From Pocillopora damicornis (Eukaryota), in the NCBI RefSeq assembly GCF_003704095.1, contig NW_020846678.1, positions 248,001 through 312,000 on the forward strand: a stretch of DNA of 64,000 nt. Reading direction: 5' to 3'. The position numbers and the translations under genes were made by a program. The notes below the pieces were generated by a model. That model saw nothing but the letters and a program-made list of their open reading frames with translations, made no database searches and was not told the DNA's origin. Numbering within the stretch: the stretch's first letter is position 1; the number at the start of each line of letters is the position of its first letter. Shown here piece by piece: positions 11,248 to 22,495 of the stretch.

Positions 11248-14200
11248 TCACTGTGCTTCTTTTTGTTGAGAGCAACGTCCTCCTGAGAATTGAATGTCAT
11301 CAACTGCGATGTCTCCAGTGTATGACCTACCAACTGTTCCCACAATTGCGATCTGGTTTTGAGAAGGGACGAAACGTTATTGCGTATTTTTTCAGGCTTT
11401 AGGACCGACAAGGAACACCTGACGTAACTGGGCAAAGGAAGGTGTTACTCCTCTCTCGAAGTGCGTTTTTGGGATCAGTCGTCGAAAAAAGAGTACATAG
11501 AGGGGAATAAAGCTAATTAACTGCCAATGAGGGGCTTATAATAGTATTACAGTGAAGAAATGTAAAATGGTTTCCGTGTTTACATAGCTTGATGTAAACA
11601 CGCGGGAGGTTGGGAGAATACAAGATAAGCGTAGGAAACCACGATGCGAAGCGGAGTGGTTTCCAGCTTATCGAGTGTTCTCCCAACCTCCCAAGTGTTT
11701 ACATCAGGCTATGTAAACACGGAAACCACTTTAAATTTCTTTTATAAAATAACTAATGAAAGAGGAACGAAAACCGTGTTTACATACGCTCATGTAAAAT
11801 GGTTTTATGGCCAATCAGAGCGCGCGTACTTTTTAGAATTATTTTATAAAGCCTAATCATAGCCATTACAATTTCCTCAAATGTGATTGGCCCCCCCTTC
11901 CACTCACCTTCCCCCCTTCCACCAGGTGAAAAAAAAATTTTAGGTCCCCAAAGCAGAACTCACAAATTAAGTTAACTCATGGAAGAAGCGCATTTTGATT
12001 CTCACTTAGCTCACCATGAACGCAACTTACCCAGTTAACGGTTGGTCCCTTGCGCACGGATCGTCGCACAACGAGGTCAACTTCCGCTTGCATCCACTTA
12101 TCTCTAGACAAAGTATTCTTTTGATTGGCGATCCACTCTCTGTGCTCTTTCTCGTTAAAATCCTTTGCACTTGGCTTTTGATCGTCCTTTTCTTGCTTGA
12201 CAATCCGCATGACTTCCAGCGAACCAATAGTTGCACCATACATGTGGTACCAGAAACGCATACAGAAAGATAGACCTTCAAGTTTGACAAGAAGCATGGC
12301 TTTATCTTTCGCCTTCCTGGGACTAGATGTCTCAATATAGATGTACTTTCCTTTTCCACCTTTGCCTACAAATTAAAGTATTTCAGACTTAAGTATGGAA
12401 GAAGATTGCAAGTATCTGGCTTGCGGGTTACTGTTGTCCATGGAAAACGAAATTGAAGAGCAACCAGGATCATAATCCAGACTTTGGTGAAAAAAGTGTT
12501 CTCCGGTTGCATAATTTTTCTTCAGAATTTAGAGCTACCTTAAGCCGAAATCTCTACGCTCTTAATAGTCAAATTTTCCTTTGGAGAATGTCTTTTGCCT
12601 CAAAATGAAATGGAAATACTCCGCTGTAAAATCCATCAAAGAGACTTTTACAGAGGGTTCAGACAGGTCAAGATGGTTCAGAAACGTCCCTAAAGCTAGT
12701 CTAGATGTAGGATAAAGGCTGTGGCGCTAGAGTGACGTTTCAGTTTCGAAAATTTAGAACCGTGAAGGACATGGCAAAGAGAAGAAGTAGCCTATGACTC
12801 AAAGAAAATAAGGCCCGTGAAGGTCTTCCTTCATTCAAGAACGAGTCTGATATTGAAGAGAAGAGGTGATTATAGTGTCTGGTGGTAAAGACGAGGGCGA
12901 CGAGTTGATAGTGACGGTAAAGATAACGGGAAAGAATAAACAAAGAAATAGAATTATTACTCTTAGTCATAAATAGAAAGGTAATCTTATAATTTACTAT
13001 ACCTGATGTATGATCTCGAGATGGGCCGGTCTGAGAAGAAGGAGTTCTACCCGTCTGGCTCGTCCAATCAAATGTGTCTTCCTTCATGTTCATCCATTTG
13101 CAGAACTGATCCTCGAAGTCACAATTTCCTAAGGGTAAGGTAACATAATAGTCAGTAACAGACTTAAAGCACGAAAAACTTGCAAGACTTTCCACTAAGG
13201 TCAGTTCAAATGAATTATCTTCCATGACAAATCATGAAACAGCATACAGTTCTAGTATGTACTCACCTTCTTTTGGGTTCGTTGTTATCTGATCCCCAGT
13301 AGGGTCGATTTCCAAATGGCATTCCTCAAGCTCGCCAACACTAATCTCATCAATTGAAATGTCGCCAAGATATGAATCACCCCGAATACCAACAAAAGAC
13401 ACCTAAATAAAAAGAGTTGCAGCCATTTTAAATAGGCTTTGCTATAAGGATTGCGCAACTTTATCAGATCTCCCCGCATCACCGTTCGTATTTAGGTCGA
13501 CGTTTTAGTCTTTAAAAATATGTTTTCCATACGTTTATTATCTGGAGAGAAGCGCACAGATTCATTGGCTTCATTTGTTTGTTGTTTTAGTAGTTTTTTC
13601 TGTTTGTTTTTGTTTTCTTTTTCCAATTCCGATTATTTGTTTTCTCGTGCCGGTATGAAATGAACGATGAACGTCTGTCACGGTTCGCATGGATTTATTT
13701 GAACCAGTAAATGCTATCTGGATTCGCAGTTCTAACAAACAAACAGACAAAAAAGAAAACGTTACCTTGGTTGCAAGGCTATCTTTTGCCTTCAGCCCTC
13801 AAGGTGCCCCACAATAATTTGGTTTTTACGTTAGATTCGAGTAATAAAGCATCCTCTGTTAAATTACCGTGTAATGTTCCCCGCTGAAATTTTGTGAAGC
13901 AAAGTGCCAAAAGTCTTCCTGTTGTCCTGTTATGGACCAGATGACTTTAGTTGAATTATCTTTAAGATTTCGATGCTCCAGTCGCAGCTCATTAATGTCT
14001 TTGCCGTACATATGGTAGTGGAAATGCAAGCACACTGGAGAAAAAAATTCTTGACTCTCCAGACGGATCCTTTGCCCTTTAAGCAGATTCGAGGCTTCCA
14101 TGTGGATGTAATATTCTAAGTAAGAGAGATATAACCATTAACTGAACCTCTTTACTTTTGAATTAGTCACTTAACCCTCACAATATCCTTACAATATCAA

Positions 14201-17200
14201 GTACACAAGTGATGAGAATAAAGAAAATATAATTTAGGGCATAATTAGTTGATCCATTACTAAATTCTCCGAACTAAAGTCATAAAAATTGTATGGCAGA
14301 CAGTAGAGAGAATTACTGATGAGATCTTTGGAACGAAAGGGTTAAGATACTTTCACTCTCAGATCTACTTATCACTTCTCCGAAACATCTGCCATGCAGT
14401 TTATATAATTTGAGCTCTGAAAACCAAAAGTTTGAGAAATACCCCTTTAGATGTAGTCCAATCTTCAATCCACCTTTCTGCTCGAAAATGTATTAATATT
14501 GTGAGGAGAACTTCCATTTTGGACGCTTCAGAGATTGAAATAGTTAAGATGATTGTTATAGTTTCCTGCAATTTTTACATGGATCCTAATTTTTAAATTT
14601 TTTTTTTATTACACTTCAAGTTCAGGGCAAAGTTTTTTATTTTAGAAAACAATAATATAACAGTGCTTTATTCATGATTAAAAATTCAGTCACCGCTACA
14701 AAACCCAAAGGAAGAAGGCTTCTATTTGCACTTGTTTCCCCAATAGTCAGGAAGAAATTTGTCTGAGAGAATGCAATTGCTTCCATTGCAGTTCAGTTGT
14801 GAGAATCAACTCTTGACTTGTTATCCACAGGTAAATACAATTTACTTTTTTTTATATGTAAATGAGGAACGAGCAATTTTTTTACCATTTCCATCGCTAC
14901 CGTATTTCGGCCCTGTTCCTTCTGAAGGGGTGTTACCATTAGCAAGATGCCATTCTCCGTCATCGTCAAACACATTCGTCCATTCACAGAAATTGTTATC
15001 AAATGTACAAGTACCTGTGGTAAACGTGTAAAGACAACATTAGACCATTGAAACGAGGTACAGTATCTTACAACGCCAATGAAAAAAGATGCTAAGGAGA
15101 AAAAGCAAATTTTCACTGAAATTATTTATGATTGGGTAATTTAGTTTTATTAACTGAGTCGATCGATAACGTAAACTGGCCTTAATAAAGAGTTAAAAGC
15201 TGACGTTCCCTGCGTAAGCCCTTCGTCGGTACCCTCTTATACTCTCCCACCGACGCAGCACGACAGTTTCTTTAAAAAATTACTCCCTCTATTGTTTATG
15301 ATTGGTTGAAAAGATGGTGCGTGGTTTTCTTTAGCAAATACTTATGTACTGAGCGCATTGACGCAAGACCAAAGTGGTGCCAGATTACTCCCGACCCTCG
15401 ATTCAAAATTATTCTTATTTATATGTAACTGGTTCTTACTGAAAGGTGGTGGTACAGGTAATGATTCTGGTGTAGTTGGTGTAGTATCACGCGGCGCTGC
15501 AGTGGTAGTTAGGGCCTGTAGGGGACAGCCTCCCGGGATAAACTGGAGCTCATCAATTGCAATATCACCTCGCCATCCAACAACAGTCGCCTCTATTTCT
15601 ACCTGCGTAAACAGGTAAAATGGTTTGAGCTACAGAAATATGTTTGCCCGGTGAAAGCGCACAGATTGACTTTGTCGATGAAAGAGGGGAAATGTTATTT
15701 CTCGAACGAAAACAAACCGTCGGTGCAAACGTTTAAAACTGAAAACAATTTTGATCGAGTCTAGTGTTTTAAGTGAACCGTCCGAATGTCTCACCTTCTC
15801 TTCTCATTTTTTTTTTCCTTTGGTCATTTAATATTTGACTAAATTTCAAACATTCGGGAAGACGACATAAATACTTTTTCATCTCAAGACTTACCTGGTA
15901 TTTCGGTATTTTACAATCAAGGTCAACCTGGCCATTCAGCCATTCGTTTCCATGGTTACCAGTTTTCTTCCATATAAGGAATCCTCGCCTGTAAATCGAT
16001 AAGGACCCGACATCTTCCCCGTGCATGTGGTACTTGAAACGCATACATTGTTGGCCTTCCATCATGTTACTGATCAGTATAGCTTTATCACCGTTCATCT
16101 GAGGCTCAGAAGCTTCAATAAAAGCGTATTTCCCTAGGAATTTCAGAGGTAAAGTGGTTATTAGACATGGCCTTTAGAACGACAGAAACAAAATCAAAGG
16201 AGCGTGCAGACTACTTCAAAGAATACTTGATAATTTTCAAGAAGAATTCACTCTTTAACATTATCTTTTATCACATAAACTACGGTGTTATACAAGGATT
16301 TCCGGCCCTGAGAAAAGCCGTAACAACACACGTGAAAAAATACGATATCGAAAGATTTGCCACTGGCCGATTTTGGCCGTTTACCTGAAAGACTTCTTCT
16401 GTCGGTAAAGACAAAGTCTACATGAGAATTTTGGAAATCGAAAATTACGACCATTGTTGTTTCTCTATATCAATCCTTGGAGTATTAAATATTCCTAAAA
16501 ATTAAGGTTGAGATACTTGCGATCATCGGGGAACAGATAGTTGTGTTCTAGTTAGTTTCAGCTGCTTACCATTGCCTGAAGCATCAGCTTTAGGCCCTGT
16601 TAGTCCACCACTTGTCTTTCCACTGCTAGTCTCGCCACTTCCAATGCTCCAAGAGAAAGATGATTTCATGGATTGCCTCCAGTTGCAAAAGGTGCCTTCG
16701 TCAAAATCACAGTTTGCTGAAGTGCGGAAGAAGACTGATTAATAACTAATGTAATTTTTCATTTAAAGAGCCAATTCCTTTTTATAAGAAGGGCGTGTGC
16801 ATTTCGAGTTGAGTTTCTACATAGCCGAAGAATATATGAGGTTCAGGGGCCATAAAAGTCAAGATAGAGCAAGAGTGAACTTCGATTGAGTCTAAATATG
16901 ATAATTTTCGCCCGATCACGACATTGGAGAACCCCAAGCAAAACCAAGTTATCTGCCTAGTCATCTGTGCGGAAAACGGGAGCATTGACTGAGTGACAAT
17001 TTCTTTCCTTTTTAAAACTTATTGCTTTATAGGGTGGTCCTAGTTTCACGGACCAGTCAAAGTCATCCCAGCGCTGTTTTTGCTCTGTTGCGAGAATTAC
17101 CTTTCGCGGTATCCTCGGGAGTGCTGATCAACGCACAACACGTTCCATTTGCTATGAAGAGATCATCTAAGCCCACTGATGATGCTGTTTCGTGGAGACG

Positions 17201-20200
17201 AGCTTCGAACACAAGCTGTATAAAATGTAAAGGTATAGCATTTTCATTAATAAACATTTCTTATTATTATTGTTTATCAGCTCACAGGTTCAATTTTATC
17301 TACGACTCATTTCTGCTTTATGGATTTTTTTATGCGTGTTTGAGGGCAAACAGTAAGGTGGAAGACGTGTCGTATCAACCAGAATGAATGAATTATTACC
17401 TTAAAACATGTTTCTTCTTCTGCTTTTATTTCAACCACAGCCCTTGTCCAGTCGTCCGTTTTCTTTCCAAGCCCAGACTCGAACCACACACGATCCTCTC
17501 CTTCGTCTTTTCTGGCAGACAATCTGAGTTCGCTTTTATCGAATTTATTGGTGAAGTAAAAAAGCTCAACGCACTTTGTACCGCATAGTTTTGGAGACAC
17601 CATTCGATATTTAGACGGTTTTCTTCCCGATTTCATTGCGTAAGCATATCTGCCACCTGCTCAAAAATTTGAGAGAAAAAAAGCGGTTAGAATATTATAA
17701 AAGAATATAAGAATAGAATATTATAAAAGAATATGTGCCACATGAACTAAAAGTTGCACAGAGTGATGGCTTTCATGTTCACCGTCGCTATCGGGCTAAG
17801 GCAAAGCAGACAACTAATAACGAAAAGTCTCCTTCAGGCATGCATTAAATCTATGAGTCAGAGTGAAACGGTTTGAAAAGGCAAAAAGGAATTGAGAAAG
17901 AATTGAAATCGAGCGTAACCGTTATTATTTAAGGGATATACAAGGCAATCTTTCTCAGTTCAATTGGCATAGTCTTTAAATCATCATGCGTATTTCTTAT
18001 TTCAAGCGGTGAAACGACTGAGATCTCTTTCGAGGTGACTGACTTAGTTACAAATTGTTCCATGTCTTTGCAGCTTACCTAGATTCTTTCCATGATCTGA
18101 TTTCTTTTCTCCCCCTCTTCGATTAGTACTCAGCATCCATGGGCTAACATTACTGTTAGTCAAGTCGTTTGCCCAATCACACAATCCCATGTCAAAGGAG
18201 CATTTTCCTTGAGGCAGAAAAAGTTGTTGATAAAAGATATATTATCAATTTGAATTACACGCTGTGTTTTAAGTATACTTATATCTGTCCAGCAAAAATG
18301 TTAAAATCGATTTCTGGCGCTCTGAAAACAAAACGCATTATTAATTTTATCCGTGACCAGAGGACAAAAAATGTCCTCAGTCGACACATAGGAAGAACGT
18401 AGGCGAGTGAGCAGGAGTTTTAACGAATTCCTTTCTTTTTCCTATTTGGTCTAGTTTTCTGTTTGTTTGTTTGTTTGTTTGTTTATTTGTTTGCAGTAAG
18501 TCTCTTCCCTAAATGTTCGGCGTCTTTAAAGAAACGTTAATAAATTCGAAACGCAACAGCAAAGCTATAACTGTAGATGGATACAAGTCGGGAAATTGAG
18601 TCGCTAAACTTTTCCCGTTTCCCAGTTTAGGAATATTATTCAGCAAACAGTAGAAACAAACAGCGGTAACAATATGCAAATTTAGGAGCCTACTAGAAAT
18701 TGCCTTAACAACCTTGAAAAGCGAAAATGTTCACCACTTTGGTGGAAGAGTTACCAATCGGTTACTGGATTTTATGTGGCCCAAAGACTTCTTATAGACA
18801 GTGTCACAATACTTTACCTCCTGAATTAGTTGAGTTGTCTACAAATGCTAACTTTTCACCGCGACAAGAACCCTTTGTAAAGTAAATGTCATCAATACCA
18901 ATATCGCCGGTGTAACTCTTTCCAACGACTCCTTCAATTATCACCTGAAAATATTCAGCAGGAGAGTTAATCAAGTGCAAGCTTTCCCAAGCTTTCTAAT
19001 TATTCCCTATCTACCCACTCTTCTCTTGTGAGGAGTGTCTGAATCAGCGATGGAAACTGAAATAATGAATTAAAAACTTGTGGAGAGTTCTTTCATGATT
19101 TTAACTATTCCTGATCAAAACGTGGCATTAAATTTTGTTTCAGGAATATTTATAGCATGAGCTCGCAAAGGTAGAGGAAAAATCGAAAATAAAAGGCCCG
19201 GACCACTTTATGTGAGTCTGCGCTAATTGTCACGTCCAATTCCGATGTGAATAATAGGCAGACGCTAACGTCTTCTGAGATGTGAGAAACTGATGATAGC
19301 GTGCAATATGGCGTAAGTAGTTCTCATAGGAGTGTAAATAGCAATTCTTTTAACCCGTCAGCCACGTAATGTTTTGATAAATTGGAAACGTGGGATAACT
19401 TGATTTGAGATGTAGATTTAAAATGTAATGTTTTTTTGTCCAGTAAAACAATTTCCTTTCCCTTTCTATACTTGTCATTGCAAAACTCTCTCAAAGAAAG
19501 CCCGAGCAAAGGTTGACATTCAAAAGACTCACATAGTAGTTTTTTCCATACAAAGTTGCGTTGTCAGAGTGCCATTCTTTATAAGCCTGCGGTCCCGCCT
19601 TAGACCACACTGCCAGTTCCATACCATGGAGAACATGGTAAATGTTCAATTCTCCTATTGAACTTCCCACCATGCTGTACGAGAAGTGAAGACAGAGTAC
19701 GTCACTGAAAGGACCGTTGATGAGACGTGCCTTATCCCCTTTGCTTCGGGGAGACGAGGCCTCGATGTACGCGTAGTGACCTGTCATGATATGGAAAAAA
19801 AGGCGGAGACTCAAACACCAACTCAGGTTCCTTTATTTTGCTTTTTACCCTGGGAAATCACATATTCACTGGGTCAAAGGCCGTTAAGTTCTCAGACCAT
19901 TGTTCATTCCTATCACTTCGGGAACACTCAGATTTTTTCGAGGATAGGAACATTAACAAATTCTTGAAGCCTGAGAAAATGAGGAGTACCAGTTTACAAA
20001 AGGGAAAATTATCAAACGTAGAATCAAAGGAAATAAACTCATTTTCCAGCTTTTTTTCAGACAACATTTTAACCACCTTCTTTACTAAATACAAAGAAAA
20101 TTTCAACCACCTAGTCACTGGTCAACCACCCATCTTTTGACTTTCTGATCAAGAACTGGATGACGAAATGAAAGGTTTGTGATAGCTTCAAAAGCCCTAG

Positions 20201-22495
20201 TCGAAAATTCGATACATTGAGTTTTTCACCATTTGCAGTACTTCGTATTTATTAATCGTTTGCCTGATTTGATATGTATAAAGACTACGTTTACCATTAT
20301 TTCCAGTATGATCTCTTCTTGGCCCAGTTCCCCCGCTTGGAGTAGAGCCTCTTTGCAGCCGCCAGTTGAAGGTATCGCCTTTCACTTGGAGCCATTTGCA
20401 GAATGACTCGGAATCAAAGTTGCAGTTTCCTAAAGCAATATCCAAGGGAAATTCGTCAAAAATTTTATGAAGTAGTAGATCACGTTTTCCTAGTCTCCAA
20501 CTACGAGAAGCAACTGATAAGGTTCTGGGAAATTTTCTCCGACATTTTAAAAAAGGAACCTAGCCTATCTCGATCTCTCGAAGTCCAAAGTACAAACTAG
20601 CATCATTAGGCTGCAACGAGACCCAAGTGAGTTAGTAATATAAACAGCAGTTTACTTTTGGCATTTCTTATTGTCTTGTGGGACGAAAATAAAACTTACT
20701 TTTGAACCTTACAAAACTTAAACCTTAACTGATCGATTTAGCAGGAATACAGTAAAAAGTCCGAGTGCCACTTAATCAAAAGTTTTCGAGTCTGCCATGG
20801 AGTTCGCAGCAAACCTCTAAAGCGAGAATTACGTGCATTGTCGGCTTTCGCTTTTTTATTTGCCCTCTTTACTTCAAATAAATACTTTTTGTGCTAGGCT
20901 AAGGTGTTCCTGGTCAGTGAAACTGGATTATACTACTTGTTGAACTGTAAGTACAGTGAAAACGTCCATGCACAGCCGATTTGATAAGTCGGAAAGAACA
21001 GCACCTCTATGAAAGATTTTCGAATTGTGCATTGCGTATTAAGTTAACAGAACAACAGTTATTTCGCACGCTTATATTCAAAGATATTTTTGTCTTAATC
21101 CGAGAAGTAACATCTATCTTTATCAGATAAAATATATAGCAATACATTAATTATCGTTTAGCCGTCGGTAGCAGTCGGAATCCTTGTGCAATATCAATAG
21201 GACTTTGAAATCAACACTCCGAAAATTGATGGAGTTTCAGGAGATGCAATCTTTTGTTCCTTGATGAAGGATGCGTGAAAAATATACCTTATATCAGGAG
21301 GAAAAAAATGAAAATTACTTTCAAATGCTAGAAATGCTTACGTTGCTGGGATCAGCAAGGAATTTTTCGAATAATATCCCTAATCGCTTTTACTCACACC
21401 AAAAACAACAGTAACGAGAATAACCTACTTATTTTCGGATGGAAATTTATCTGTTCTAGCGCAAGATCAGATTTATCTTTTCCGATCAGAACTTGATTAA
21501 ATAAGTATGGATAACGGTAAAGAACGAAATGAGGTAGATGAAGATCGTTTTTATCTCCAACATCGGTAGAATGAGAAGAATCAGTAAGTTAAGGAATTCA
21601 ACGGTAAAAATCAAGATTTTGATGAAGGTAACTATGTAAAAACCGCGTGGTTTCAGAGAAAACTATCAGGTTGGAAAATTGTTTCATCACTCTTGATAAA
21701 GATGGTGATTACTAAATTAAAGACATGATCATTTACGTTTCTCTTAAGCGAACGTCTGCGAACCATATGACTCTCTTGCTTAAACTCGATGCAACACGTC
21801 AATTAAGAGGCACTTGTTAAATGCTCTTACTGGGTGAAAAACGAGAGAAAACAGCAAATAAAGACGCTTTATTTTACGATGACCAATGTTTTCCAAAGAT
21901 GTCTCTCGATTAAGCTGCGAAATTAATAGAAAGCGATATCGAACAAATAGAAAGCGATATGGAAGGATTAACCTACGATGCCGGATCACCGTTCTTTGGT
22001 TAGCTATATAAGATTTTAGACTTCCGCACTGAGTTCACAAAAAATACCCTAAAATTGCCGTTAAAACCGTCTAAATGAACTGCAATTTCCCTATCAAATA
22101 AATTGAAGTATCTATGTTATTTGCGTGCTGATAAATTTTTCAAGCGAGATCTGCTTATTTTTGCCTGTTATTAATCGTATTAAAGAAGGCTCTACTGAGA
22201 ACACTTTACATGCATTTTTTTTCGTAAAAAAACTACCTATCTTTTCAATTGGTAACAATTTCATGTGTTAATTTGTTTGAAAAACGGCTTCACCGCTTAA
22301 AAAAATTTTCTTGAATTTGTTCTCTCGATTGAAAGTTTAATTCGGCACAGGAATGATAATTTAATGAAGGAATTAAAACCAAAACAAACCTGTGAATTCA
22401 GTGTTCAACAACTGGTTGGGAGCACAAAAGACACTCGGTAGAAGAGCTACTGACCACAAGCATATTGCCAGATGAGAAAAGGCAAGACTTCTCAT
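11248..22495 (-). CDS. MAM-domain protein A: signal peptide + 5 MAM domains, ~914 aa, 16 exons
   Basis: Exons: 22495-22390, 20429-20295, 19780-19533, 18944-18818, 18207-18079, 17656-17400, 17215-17101, 16716-16570, 16133-15895, 15602-15440, 15014-14886, 14115-13868, 13402-13267, 13128-13003, 12365-12031, 11352-11248. All introns are GT-AG and the 2745 nt stay in frame. N-terminus MRSLAFSHLAICLWSVALLPSVFCA. The MAM motifs CxFD..C.W, TGP..DH, Y.YIE.S, C..F.YHM.G and GDIAIDD recur five times. No transmembrane segment seen. Confidence 0.92.
11540..11850. mobile_element. MITE-like foldback repeat in the last intron of MAM gene A
   Basis: Long internal inverted repeat at ~11568-11728: TGGTTTCCGTGTTTACATAGCTTGATGTAAACAC...GTGTTTACATCAGGCTATGTAAACACGGAAACCA. 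Confidence 0.75.
14171..14345. mobile_element. TTAA-flanked (piggyBac-like) MITE
   Basis: Ends are TTAACCCT...AAAGGGTTAA. The internal sequence is shared with copies at 47091-47302 and 63493-63864. A related decayed copy follows at ~14351-14545. Confidence 0.7.
15152..15290 (-). repeat. Short interspersed repeat carrying a degenerate minimal hammerhead-like motif (Penelope-associated type)
   Basis: AACTGAGT..GATAACGT.AA.TGGCC...AAAGAGTT..AAAGCTGACGT also occurs at 63940-64000. The minus strand of 15198-15229 is CCGACGAAGGGCTTACGCAGGGAACGTCAGCT. Confidence 0.55.

Noticed and set aside
13267-13402. Apparent frameshift in gene A exon 13 suggested by the ORF track
   Set aside because: The track shows a different frame. 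The spliced frame reads VSFVGIRGDSYLGDISIDE intact.
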